This document shows positions 52,174 to 64,000 of a stretch of 64,000 nucleotides of DNA, piece after piece. The notes beneath the pieces are model-generated. The model worked only from the letters and a program-made list of their open reading frames with translations, made no database searches and had not been told where the DNA came from. The DNA is from Euprymna scolopes (lineage: Eukaryota). Every line of letters begins with the position of its first letter. The first letter of the stretch is position 1. Where the stretch lies: assembly GCA_053919585.1 (NCBI GenBank), contig CM132803.1; one strand, 5' to 3'. The translations under genes and the position numbers were made by a program.

Positions 52174-52724
52174 ATATTGTAATTTGTAAATATACACCCT
52201 GGAGATGAGCTACAGGAGTGATTGACTGACAGAAATCAGTTTTACTTATTGTATAGCGACCATTAAAAAGCTCGTATTAGGCTATTACGAGAAACGAGCT
52301 ATGAGGAAATAATAACTCGTTGAAACAGTAGTATATTATATTGAGCAGATGTGCTCAGCTTGATTTGCTATTCATTACATATGTTTCATCATTAGACTTG
52401 CTTGGCCTATTGGATAATAGAGATCAGTATAGAACGTGACTAACGTTTGAGGTAATTATACCACGTATTGAATTTCCAATGTTGGGCATATTCTTTCAAA
52501 GGTAAGTATAGAAAACAGGATTATAAAAGAAAACCATATATAACACGCTCCCTTTAATAAACTGTAAGACCTGATAACACTCGTCACGAGAACCCGACGA
52601 TTACACTCAACATAACAACATAGAGGACATGAATTAGATAAAATACAGATAACATTCTGTCAAATAAGTTACAGAAATGGGTTTTTCCATCGCACTAGAA
52701 CACATCTTTCACTTACTAGTACGC

Positions 52725-52796
<72 letters not shown>

Positions 52797-54175
52797 GATG
52801 TGCATGGGTATTTACGCATCTTGTTTTCCCTGCTTTGATAGAGTTTAAAAATGATTTATAAATAATAAAGTCAGAGGCTCTACTGGCTCTTTTGAATGAT
52901 CCCAATTATGTTCAAAGTGGTCTATATTATTGTAAATATTACCTACATCTAATCTACCCTTCAGATTCACCCTTATATCTACTTTTACTTACTATTTTCT
53001 ATTTTACAATATTTCTCCATTTTCATTTAATCTCTAAATATCATTGAGCCAGTTTTTATTTTTATGCTACGTTGGCATTTTGCATGATTGTGACATTTTT
53101 GTTCTTTCTATGAGAAGGATGCGCCTTTAAAATGCCATGACCTGAAGAGTTTTTTTCCAAATTTATACTCACATTTTCTTTTATTTTTATGATGATATTA
53201 TAAAGTTACATATAAATTTTATTCCTAATTTTTCATTTAATATTATTGCTTTTTTTCCTCCCTGGATAATGCTGGTTTCTCGCTTATCTTGATAAATGTT
53301 GCTTTGCTAAAGATTTGCTGNNNNNNNNNNNNNNNNNNNNNNNNNNNNNNNNNNNNNNNNNNNNNNNNNNNNNNNNNNNNNNNNNNNNNNNNNNNNNNNN
53401 NNNNNNNNNNNNNNNNNNNNNNNNNNNNNNNNNNNNNNNNNNNNNNNNNNNNNNNNNNNNNNNNNNNNNNNNNNTCTAGGTTTTATAAGAGCTATTATGT
53501 ATAAGTTAATTTGCCAAACTACACCGTTTCATGTGTTTCTGAAATTATCTGTCTTTATTACTCGTCGTTCAGAAACAAAACATTATCGTAAATAATGCGC
53601 TATCTAAGAAGTCGACCCGCATCGAAGTTCGTGAGAACAAATAGACGCATATTAAGCCTTTTTTACGAAAACACGCTTCAACTAACAGTAAACATTAATA
53701 GCAACATAATTAAAAATAAGTTCAAACATGATAATGGCTGTTGATACAGATCAATTGCAACAGACGGACTTTTTACGGACGAGGAACGTCTTATTTAGGG
53801 AAGAGAAAAAGTAGATATTTTTTTAAAATCATGTAAAATCTGTGAATATGTTTGTATGAGTTGTTATTTTTAATACAGTTATGGTATTTTGAAAATTCTT
53901 AAATATTATTGACCACATAGATCACATAGATGATGTTACAGACAAAAATGCTTGTCTTCATTGATGACGAAAACAAAAATGAAACTCCTGAAAACCTTCA
54001 GAAGTCTCACAATATTTCATGCAATACAAATATATTTGATTTGTCTACCAATTTTCAGCTTTAAAGTTCTTACAGTCCTTCATCTTTGTTTAATAACGTT
54101 TTGGGAGCATGTAATGATCGACTCAAAAAAAAATGTTGGTTGTGAAACGGGACACATCTGCGCCCTTACTTCATT

Positions 54176-54512
54176 AAAAAAAAAATAATTACATTTCCAC
54201 CCCAAACAAGGCACATTGCCGCTTTGGTGTAGGGGGCTACTATAAGGGGCAGCAACTACTGGGGAGCTATGTGGAGATTTGGGCAGCAAGATGCCGGTTC
54301 ACGTTACACTTGAACTTCTGCATGTCAGTACACTTAGGGAAGCAGGGACCTTGAATGGAATTCCAGAGTCTAGCGGTTCTTGGGAAGAAACTACTTGAGT
54401 AGAAAGATCTTTTACATCTAGGGATCTCTACTGTGTTGGGGTGGGATTTAGCTGCCTGTCGGGGCTGTCGAGGGTGTCTACGTCGTGGGGGGCACAAGTG
54501 TCTGCAGTTCGT
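54176..54512 (-). mobile_element. 5'-truncated LINE family A
   Basis: PPRRRHPRQPRQAAKSHPNTVEIPRC..FFPRTARLWNS..FKCNVNRHL plus family A 3' UTR. Confidence 0.9.
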
Positions 54513-54984
54513 TTGATATTGATGCATGGGTATTTTAAACTAAACTTTTACCAAATAATTCCCTCATTAAACAGCATCTAAAAAGCGCCACCACATCAAA
54601 AACCAATAGTATTCAAATAGCATAACAATGCTTAATATACAGTTGGAGAGTCGTTTTCAACGGTGATGACAGAGTAACTGTTAACTATTAAAGGTTAAAA
54701 CTTGTTAAGCAAGTGTTATATAGAATGAAGTTTTTTGTCAATCTGAGTATAGTTGTATCACAGAAAAGATTTGTTCTTTTTTAAAGAATTGCATGAGATT
54801 CTGTTATGGTCATCCTGAATATAAAGAGCTATATATTTCAATCGATCGGTATATAGATGGGAAATAAAGTTTTTTTAATTGCATAAAAAGGTGGCATTTC
54901 GTAGTTTAACTGTTAGAAGTTTTAGAATGTAAACACTGCCGCACCTGTAATTTATTTTATCTGTATTAATAAATTGCCTTATCT

Positions 54985-55160
54985 AATACCGGGATCAGAT
55001 TGGGTCCAGATGTATGGTTTCTTTCCATAAGGAAAAAAATCAAGAAGGGGGTGGTTTGCTGAGTCCAAAGTAGAGTTTGAGGCAAACTGATAGAAAGCAT
55101 GTTAGTTTTCTCTGTTGCCGTGCAAATAACCACATGATTGTTGGAGTGTGGGGGAATGTT
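54985..55160 (-). mobile_element. Internal fragment of LINE family A
   Basis: Homologous to 42860-43110 (GCATGTTAG, CATGATTGTTGG). Confidence 0.6.
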
Positions 55161-55347
55161 TTTATTGCCTATTATCTACTACTACACTGTTGTAGATTTT
55201 CCAGATATCACGAGTTCTTCATTTTTCTGCTTAAGTACGTTTTTCGGTATATTCTATCTTAGTTGTCGCTACTTTCTTCTTAAAATTTAAGAAACCATTA
55301 TATATTTTGTACATTCATCTCGGTCTACTTTTAATAAAAGTTTCATA

Positions 55348-55412
55348 TGCGTATCACGTTAGTACAATGGTAGCATGATCAGTTTAGGTTTCGATTCCAG
55401 CTGATGGCACCC
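55348..55412 (+). pseudogene. tRNA-like fragment / SINE head, related sequence at 3720-3766
   Basis: A-box-like TAGTACAATGG, B-box-like GGTTTCGATTCC, 3' AGCTGATGGCA shared with 3741-3764. Confidence 0.35.
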
Positions 55413-55526
55413 GAATACTATTTTTTTTACTTTTGAAATCACGACTCTTTTATATATACAAAATAGGACAAACTTAAATATCATATTTAAGCGCATTTTA
55501 CGACCGGGTAAATCGGGTGCCCCGAG

Positions 55527-55593
<67 letters not shown>

Positions 55594-55734
55594 CTTTCTT
55601 TGCTATGCATATAACGTGTAAGCAAAGTGTAATAGAATTACGCTAATTATTTATTCCTATGCTTTTGTCAAGGCGAAACAATCAAAAAAGATATATTTCT
55701 TTTTGAAAATCTGCAACAGTGTAGTAAAAAATGG

Positions 55735-56304
55735 GCAATAAACAATTCCCCACAATCAAACAAGCTTAATATGTTTTTTTTTTATTACACGACAACCGAG
55801 AAGACTAATATGTTTGCAAGTCAGTTTGCCTCAAACTCCACATTGGACCCACTTCCTCCAATGCACCACGCTAGATGATCTGAAATTTAGCCCTTCTCAG
55901 GTGCATGGTATCTTTAAAAAATCCTCGATACATCAAAAGCATGTTGACCCGATCTCATCCCGGCTGTGCTATTAAATAAATGCTAGGCTGAGGTTGACCC
56001 ATATCGCTCCAAACTTTACAAGAAATTCCTTTACGCGTCTGGGTTCCTGACCGCTGGAAAACTGCTTCTTTGGTACCAGTTTACAAGAATTCTAACGAAA
56101 GAACTAACCCATTAAATTATTACCATGTTAGTCTCCTCCCCTTTTACGCCAAAACATATGAGTTTTATTCCATTAGTCCATCTCCTTACAGCTACAAAAC
56201 ATTGAACCGACGAACACTATGGATTTAGGCAAGCCCTTCCACAGTTGATACACTAACTGTAATCTTTTAACGTATAAACCATTCTGTGGAGAAAGCAAGG
56301 AAGT

Positions 56305-56378
<74 letters not shown>

Positions 56379-58140
56379 GAAATTTTCAATTGGATTTATC
56401 AACATTATCCAAGATGGTAAAATTAAAGTAAATTATAGATATTAAAGAATTAATATTTATAAAATTATCTCAGCCAGATATAAAAGCTCGATAAAACCAA
56501 ATAGGAAATAGAGCTTATAATATGAACAAACAGTTAATAAAACATGTTAAAAACACTTTGAAATGAATTAAAAACATATTTAATCTGAAAAGGAAACACT
56601 AGATAAATGGATAGTCCTTAATCCGCGGAGTTTCAAAGAAATACTTTCCTCCTCATCAGAGAGTAGGAATTAGCAAAATGCGGGATCGGATTTTGCATGC
56701 AGAAGTATTTGATGAAATAACAAGTAAGTCAAAGATCTTACTTGAAAAAAAATAAATAAAAAATTTATTCCTTTAGATTATTATGGACCATCTTCTTCCA
56801 ATTACGGGATTTCCTTGTACAAATGGAAATTCTTTTAACTTTCTTGAAGTTTTACATTTGGATTTTACCGTCACTGGATTTTTTATCTTCTACCAGACTA
56901 TCCATTCGTGTGTTATCAACTTTTTCTTTACCATATTCCATCTGCTTCACTTATTTTTTTTTTCAAGTAAGATCTTTGACTTACTTGTTATTTCATCAAA
57001 TACTTCTGCATGACAAAATCCGATCCCGCATTTTGCTAATTCCTACCTCTGATGAGAAGGAAAGTATTATCTAGTGTTTCCTTTTCAGATTAAATATGTT
57101 TTTAATTCATTTCAAAGTGTTTTTTTACATATTNNNNNNNNNNNNNNNNNNNNNNNNNNNNNNNNNNNNNNNNNNNNNNNNNNNNNNNNNNNNNNNNNNN
57201 NNNNNNNNNNNNNNNNNNNNNNNNNNNNNNNNNNNNNNNNNNNNNNNNNNNNNNNNNNNNNNNNTTCGGCACGATGTTCTCAGAAAAATGAGATCATATG
57301 GTATCACTGGAAGATTACTTAGCATAATTAAATCCTTCTTAAGTAAGAGTTGCATGTTGCACTCGACAGTCGCACCTCTAAACAATTGAATATAAATGTC
57401 GGAGTAAGTCAGGGGTTTATCTTTGGGCATTTATCATTCCTAATAGTACAAAAATGACCTCCCTGATAAAATTCTCTCTGAAAAACGTATATTTGCTGAT
57501 GACACCACGAGCGTAAAAATGAATGCATATCTAAGGAAATGCCAGAAACATTAGACGAACACCTTTAATATGTAGTGGAATTGAGACAAAATGGATGATC
57601 GCATTTAATGCTGCCAAAACTAAACTTGTTTTCTTCAATAATTACAAGAAACGTTCTCTAGCACCAGTAGCAATGCCCAAAGACACATTACCTAAAAGTA
57701 TTTCTTTTAAACCCCTTACGTTCACAGAGAACATGAATTACAACATTGAACATGAACATGAACTGATACATTAAAAACATTGCCAAGACTGCTGCAAAGG
57801 ACTGAGCTCTCTCTAACGTGGTAGAAAGCTACTTATACCTGAAAGTATCCTGTATCCCGACGAGCAGCAAAATACCACCCTTTCACAGTAGAGATCCCTA
57901 TGTGTAAGAAAGCCTTCCACTTTAATAGTTTCTACCCCAGAACTGCTAGACTTTGGAACTCCCTTCCGGGATTCAGCTTTCCCAACTGTACTGACATGCA
58001 GAAGTTCATATGTAATACGAACATATATCTTTCTTCTCAGCTTCCTCCATAATATCCCTTCAACTTATGTCCCCGATAGTAGACCCCACTTCAAAGTATC
58101 ACTGTTACTTGTCTCGGGGAAAGATTGAATAAAAAAATGA
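55735..58140 (+). mobile_element. Old LINE family A copy split by (TA)n, a Penelope fragment and an N gap
   Basis: 55735-56305 and 57265-58140 are colinear with 41322-43135 (NMFASQFASNSTLD..; LRKMRSYGITG, FADDT, FNAAKTKL, PRTARLWNSLP, 3' UTR). Confidence 0.8.
56535..57133. mobile_element. Inverted pair of Penelope-like pLTR fragments with a degenerate hammerhead
   Basis: 56535-56760 is the revcomp of 56950-57133; minus arm has CTCT CTGATGA GGAGGAA-AGTA-TTTCTTT GAAAC TCCGCGGA TTA AGG; plus arm keeps CTGATGA but has lost ~35 nt. Confidence 0.65.
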
Positions 58141-58853
58141 ATAAATAAATTATTACCAGACGCAGACTCTCGGCGATTCGTGTTGATTTAAAGCAAGCCC
58201 GGACACTTTAAATCGTCGCTGTCTTTTCTGCTTCTGCCTGTATCAGAGATTTACATTGTGCGCTTTCTCGTACATTGATTCTAAGTTGTATCTAAACTGC
58301 CACCTATCATTTGACGCACTTTGAATACGCCCAAGATTCAATACGTAACTTAACTATTGTCCAGGAATTTACGTCATAACCAAACTCTTAATACGAAATT
58401 GAATTTCTAAAGTTTCCAAAAGAAAGTGTTATTTTATTTGATTTTATCTTTTTTTTTTTTTTTGTCTTCATCAGATTCGTTTGGCTGCTCTTTTTTTATT
58501 CACTGTATTATCTTTTAGCATCGTTCAGTACGATTATTAAGAATTTTTCAGATAGGAGACTCATTCTATTCGTGATAGAATATTATCCTCTGCCAGCCGA
58601 ACAGATTACTCAACAGCATCGCAAATGAGATATATTTTAATAAGGATTATTTCTGCGGACAACGGTTTAAATGCAATCTGAATCAAATACCTAGTCAACA
58701 ATGTGTTTTCCTTGTTTTCGTTTGGTTTCGTTGCTTTTAGATATATCTACTAGTTTCGTATTTTGTTAGGAAGTTTTATGCTTGGATTTTTTAATATCTT
58801 AACATATTTATCCATGGTGATTTGCTTGAAATTTGTTTATAAAACATTTACAG

Positions 58854-59268
58854 GTGTCAGCTGGCCACTTCCCTGTGCCTATAGATACAAGGTGGGTCAG
58901 CAAAGCTCCCGGCAGCGCCTAGTGACACAAGACGGGCCGCCACAGCATATGTTGCGGCCGGCTATCGGCAGCTCCTCACCGACACCGGACGTTCAGTGAA
59001 GACAAAAGTTTTCGCTGCGCCAAATGCCACCGGCGGGTCAGCAGAAATAAAAAAGTCCGGACCTGTCTGAGCATCCCCGAAGTATTTCTTGACGCCTTGT
59101 TTCCGAATCTTGTCATGTTTTTCTTCTGAAATTGCGACTTCAGGCTCGTTATAGCTTCGGTGACTAACACTCTATCAGTGGCGTTGTGTAAGGGTGTTTT
59201 TGTGGTGAATGATGTTTTGTTTTGTTTCGGGCTTTCCACAACAAAATTTTGAGAGTGCGTAGACGCAG
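58854..59268 (+). other. GC-rich non-repeat block bounded by splice-like signals (candidate exon)
   Basis: ATTTACAG|GT acceptor at 58853 and GCAG|GTAC donor at 59268; no open frame spans it. Confidence 0.25.
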
Positions 59269-60329
59269 GTACCAATCAACCATTTTTTATATGTAAAAAA
59301 AAAGAAAACGGGAACCAAACACAATCGCATTCACTCACCAAACTGAAGACTTATTTATCCACATGTGTAAGGAGCGAAGCTACGCACAGATCCTGTTTCG
59401 CTAAACAATTATTGTTGTATGTATCTAGTAGCAACTGATAGAACGCCGACATAAGGCTGCTTTAATTCAAAGAAAATACTTCAATGGATGCTCCATACAT
59501 AATATTTGACGTTCGAATAATCTTAGATAAAACGAATTTAAATTGTTTGTTTAAGTTTTTCAAGTTCAAGAAAGCAAATCAGCTTGTGACACCAAGAAAA
59601 GTGGTTCAGTAAAAACATAAATAAAAAAAAAACTAAGAAGAAAAAAAATCTGATTCTTCTTCGGAGAACGATCTGTTTCTATTTCATGGCAGTCGCGAAA
59701 ACTAATCAATGAAATGTTGGCTGCGTCTTCTCATTCCTTCTCCTACGAGAGATGATCAGGAAAAGCGTTGCTGGCGAATTTCCATATCTTCACCGGGAAA
59801 TGTGACGAGAGTAAGCGTGCGCCGTTTTAATTTATTTATTTTGCTTTAGAAATGTACTCTGTCAGACGAAAAACGAAATTGTGAAATGCAAAGAGAGAGA
59901 ATGGCGAGATGCCTTGTTGAGGTGAAATAAACGTTTGATAACTCATGCATAAGCAAGTGCATTGCTTTGAAATCAACTCGTAGCCTATTGAGTCCTAGTC
60001 CTTTTTTTTGCGTTGGATGTTGTTAAAATAATTGCCAAGTGCGTTTTCGTTAATGAACATCTACAACACTAACCAATTACTCTAAAATACATTTCCCCTG
60101 ACTGTTAACTGTTTTTAGATGATGCACGATGTGTACAGTATACTCCCTTANNNNNNNNNNNNNNNNNNNNNNNNNNNNNNNNNNNNNNNNNNNNNNNNNN
60201 NNNNNNNNNNNNNNNNNNNNNNNNNNNNNNNNNNNNNNNNNNNNNNNNNNNNNNNNNNNNNNNNNNNNNNNNNNNNNNNNNNNNAATTAATAAAAACTGA
60301 AGAAAGCGCTCAATAATAGTGCAGAGAAT

Positions 60330-60620
60330 ATATCAGCCACACCAGAAATTCACTTCCCAGACCCCCCCCCACAAGTTCCTTAAACTCCAAAACTAAAACA
60401 TTACCGACATACCAAGAGCCCCCTCCCACTTTTCCCCCTATTCCCTTCCTCTTTTCCCCCGCTCTTCTCGCACCCCACCCATGTTCACTCTTGCACTCTT
60501 TCATCCCATAACAACGAACATGTCTGTACAAGTCTGAGGAAGCTACAGACGGCCAAAAAAAAACGGCCGGGTAGCTGAAACAATAATGTAACAACAGAAA
60601 GATACGGTAAAAAAATAACA

Positions 60621-60622
<2 letters not shown>
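60330..60622 (+). mobile_element. Hammerhead-containing repeat (PLE pLTR / retrozyme-like), copy 1
   Basis: Inverted homolog at 63640-63935; C-rich body followed by a hammerhead. Confidence 0.75.
60530..60594 (+). ncRNA. Type-I hammerhead ribozyme with intact catalytic core
   Basis: AAGT CTGAGGA AGCTAC-(AGA CGGCC A8 C GGCCG G)-GTAGCT GAAA CA-ATAA-TG TA^ AC; NUH=GUA; stem I only 2 bp in this copy. Confidence 0.75.
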
Positions 60623-60687
<65 letters not shown>

Positions 60688-61249
60688 TTATTTGGTTGTT
60701 AAACAAAATATGACTTAAAAACACATATTCTCCCACGTAGATGATCGTCTTATCATTATGAGATTTGATAAAACCTGAATGTCTTGCGTGCTATTTGTAC
60801 GTCTGTTTCAAGGATTATGCCTACCCCTCAACCTCTAGGCTAGTTATAGATTGTTCTAAATTAAGGACAAAAAGATCCTAACGAATTGCAAGAATGGAAA
60901 TACAGTAATTTCCTTCAGTTTTTAGGTTCGTTTAGGCACCAATATAAAAGCCTGGCGGATAATTATGATTGAGACTTGGTGGCAAATCATAAACAGATTA
61001 AAGTAAGGTTGTCCTAAATTTTATTAAATGTTAGAATGCATTTTGAAATTCATTAACAATTCTATCAGTGATATTTTGACAGCGAAAAACCCTGCTGAGA
61101 GAAAAAATTAGGATTTTGGATTTTCATTTTTATGAAAGTCGACAAACAATATAATTTTTAAGTATGTACTCCAAACAAGTAATGACTCAGGGTTCTGGCG
61201 AAATTATGTTTATAATTTAAGTGCATCGGTTCAACCTGGGGATCACGGG

Positions 61250-61615
61250 GTGTCGCCATTAGGTCATGAGAAACGTTTGCAGATCCACAGGTGCACTCGT
61301 GGTGGGACTTTTCCTTGGGGTGACGTTGTTGGGTATGATTGGTCCAGGAAACAACCCCGGTTTCACAACACCCCAAAATATTTAATGAGAGCACAGGTGA
61401 AAAAGGACAGTTTTGAGAGTTGAGTTTGAGAGTTGAGTTTGAAAGTTGAGGCAGAGTTGAAGACTAACAAGCGAGAGCAACTTGTAGAGAATCGCCACAC
61501 TCTTTCTCCCTCTCTTCCTCTCTCCACACAATCCTCACCGCTATATGTAAAGAGAGAAGTGAAATCTAAATACATACTTAGTGCAGTCGGACATTATTGA
61601 AGATTGTACTGTAAA
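61250..61615 (-). mobile_element. Possible LTR remnant
   Basis: CT-rich repeats (AACTCTCAAACTC), ATTAAA and a downstream TGGCGAC PBS-like motif; no clear TG..CA ends or TSD. Confidence 0.25.
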
Positions 61616-61863
61616 GACAAGAATATATATTTATATATATGTATATCATTTTTCCTGAATATTAATCAGTAGACTAGAAGAACTGAGATGTTTTTTGTGT
61701 GCATGGAATTGTTTTCCTGGCGGAGGACGAATCGTGAATTTTTCTTCTAGCATACGACAGACCGGTGAGACGACGTCATATCAACCCTGACGCGTAAGCA
61801 CCGACGAATAAGCAGTCGCGAATTAAAGACCAATCATTTTTTTTTGCTCAACATACCCCCCAA

Positions 61864-61893
61864 ACAGCCGGGCAACGCCGGGCAACAATGCTA

Positions 61894-61894
<1 letters not shown>
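61864..61894 (+). mobile_element. Helitron 3' terminus
   Basis: GCCGGGCAACGCCGGGCAACAATGCTAG followed by (TA)n. Confidence 0.6.
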
Positions 61895-61978
<84 letters not shown>

Positions 61979-62924
61979 TATTGTATTACCATTTTTCGGA
62001 AATATTTTCTCCTGTATAATCCAGCAGATCAATAAATGTTATATATGCACCATTAGTCCCTTTTAAAGCTTGTGAAAATATATAAACAAAAAAAAACGAA
62101 ATAAGACGATTTCTAACATGCTGTGCGGAAACGTACATACAAAGTGAGAAATAATAACTACTTACATTTCAGGACGCCACAAATCTCGTTGCATGATTAA
62201 TCATAGTATATTACGCATTTTACGTGCTCTTACTTTGTTTAAATTATATTATCCATCGTAGAGTGCCAGCTTTTTATGACAATAACTTTGAGTTGGTTTC
62301 AAATGTATTAATTTCGTTGTATTAATAATAGTATTATCTTAAACGTACATTTTTTTTAATCTAATGTAATCAGCTAAAAATTACAAGTTGCATGGTTACA
62401 CGATGTAAAGGAGAAGTGGGAGAAATAAAAACAAGAATCTATCTTAATTATAGACCGCTTATACCCTCCGACAATATTCTAGCAAAAACCTAACAGCCGG
62501 CGGTGGTTCTCTCCAGAATGTGCTGCTGCCATTGCGCACAGAAATCACTTTTTCCATTGCTTCCAACGTAATGGATGTTCTGTAGACCTCTTCAAAATTG
62601 ACCTTTTTCTTCAAACATATGGAAACTTATATTATTCCCATTCTCCAAGGTCTAAATTAACTAAATATACCAGTTATTGTGATCTTGGACCTTGGCTATG
62701 CCTGCCTCAAAAGCCATGTAATTTTATTGTTGACGTTTTTCAAAAACGCTGCAAAATATGGGATATTATGTCCTTATTTTCATTGTAGCTTTCCAGAGGT
62801 TGACGCTATAGCATTGAAAGTGGTACCAAATGAAAGCTAATACAATTTTCTTGCATATGGTAGTAAACACATGAACACCCGTGTTAATTTTAATTAATTT
62901 TAATGCACAAACATATATATTTTT

Positions 62925-63472
62925 TATGATGGAGTACCGTTGCGATATCTAGACAGGAGTTGCTAGAAGCAGCTTATCCTGCCTTGACAGAGTTCAAAAT
63001 AGATTCGTAGCTAAGTGGGGGAAGCCCTTTTCTCTTCCCTGCAATCTCTTTCGCACAGAAGAGACGTTGCGAGTATGTCTCTGCTTTATTGTTATTTTCA
63101 TGGCAAGTGCTCATCTGAGCTTCAATCTATGGCCGCCTCTAGTAAAACTTGTACGAAAAGCACTTGTCTAGCCGAAGCAATTATCAATATTTCTTACACA
63201 TTTATCTCTGCCTAAACCTAAACGTAGATTCCATGAAAAAAACTTCTTTATGAGAACTGCACGCCTGTAGAATTCTCTTCCGTTTGCCTGCTTTCCAGCT
63301 GACTTCTATATGATTGTCTTCAAGTCCAATGAAAATAAGTTATTGATGAACCATTCCCCTAAGTAAACCAATTAACCAAATGTCCACTATTATTATATAC
63401 CCACTAACCCTTATCCTCGAGTGGCCTCCGGGCCTTGATAAATGGTGACTCCTTTGTAAAAAAATAAATAAA
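62925..63472 (+). mobile_element. 5'-truncated LINE family B
   Basis: GEALFSSLQSLSHRRDVASMSLLYCYFHGKCSSELQS; 3' end ACCCTTATCCTCGAGTGGCCTCCGGGCC...GTAAAAAAATAAA. Confidence 0.9.
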
Positions 63473-63532
63473 TGAAACTTACTAGCAGTTCAACGCAGAT
63501 TTGCTCGTGCAGATGTGCGTTTAAGAACTTTA

Positions 63533-63584
<52 letters not shown>

Positions 63585-63639
63585 AGAAATGTTAATTAAT
63601 AAAAACCTGCAGAAAGTGCTCAATACTGTAGATCATATA

Positions 63640-64000
63640 TGCGTTTTATTTTTTATTACCGTATTTTTCTGTTAAGTACATTATTGTTGCAGCTACCCGG
63701 CCGTTTTTGGCCGTCTGTAGCTACCTCAGACTTTTACAGAAATGTTCGTTATGATGAGATGAAAGAGTGAATGATGTAAGGGGAGGCGTGTGAGAAGAGC
63801 GGAAAAAAGAAGAGGAAGGGAACGGGGGAAATGTGGGAGGGGTGCTTGGTATGTCGGTATGTTTTAGTTTTGGAGTTTAAGGACATTAGGTGGTTGTGGG
63901 GTAGGGTCTGGGATGTTCATTTCTGGTGTGGCTGAGGGCATAGGGATACATGGAGGGGGGTAAGAGGAGGAAGGGTTAGGAGGAGGGGGTTACTTTAAAA
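63640..64000 (-). mobile_element. Hammerhead-containing repeat copy 2 (core mutated), running off the window end
   Basis: Revcomp of 60330-60622; hammerhead 63674-63733 reads AAGT CTGAGGT AGCTAC..GTAGCT GCAAC AATAATGTA CTT. Confidence 0.75.

Overview
AT-rich eukaryotic (invertebrate metazoan) draft-assembly sequence with seven N gaps and many (TA)n/(CA)n microsatellites. I can support no intact host protein-coding gene; the ORF-track entries are transposon remnants, microsatellite read-throughs or N-gap artefacts. Decayed mobile elements dominate: two CR1/L2-type LINE families in about 12 fragments, three mariner transposons plus Tc1/mariner MITEs, non-autonomous Helitrons (three copies of one family, a head-to-tail pair, a PIF1 helicase remnant), a Helentron/HINE, a Gypsy pol remnant, a Penelope-like element (RT + GIY-YIG) and an R4/NeSL-type REL-endonuclease fragment. 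RNA-derived pieces include a tRNA-Cys pseudogene, a 5S-headed SINE3-like element and two U2 snRNA 5' fragments. The most interesting signals are at the RNA level. (1) A highly structured 209-bp unit in two tandem copies is bracketed by U2 5' fragments and joined just after the U2 branch-site recognition sequence, inside a HINE. (2) A tRNA-like Pol III head is fused to a hammerhead ribozyme in two copies. (3) Minimal hammerheads occur in at least three further repeat families. (4) Two long foldbacks lie side by side. CpG-rich non-repeat islands with splice donors (about 0.3, 38 and 59 kb) may be non-coding exons or regulatory regions of a host gene, with low confidence. Boundaries were read by eye and are approximate.
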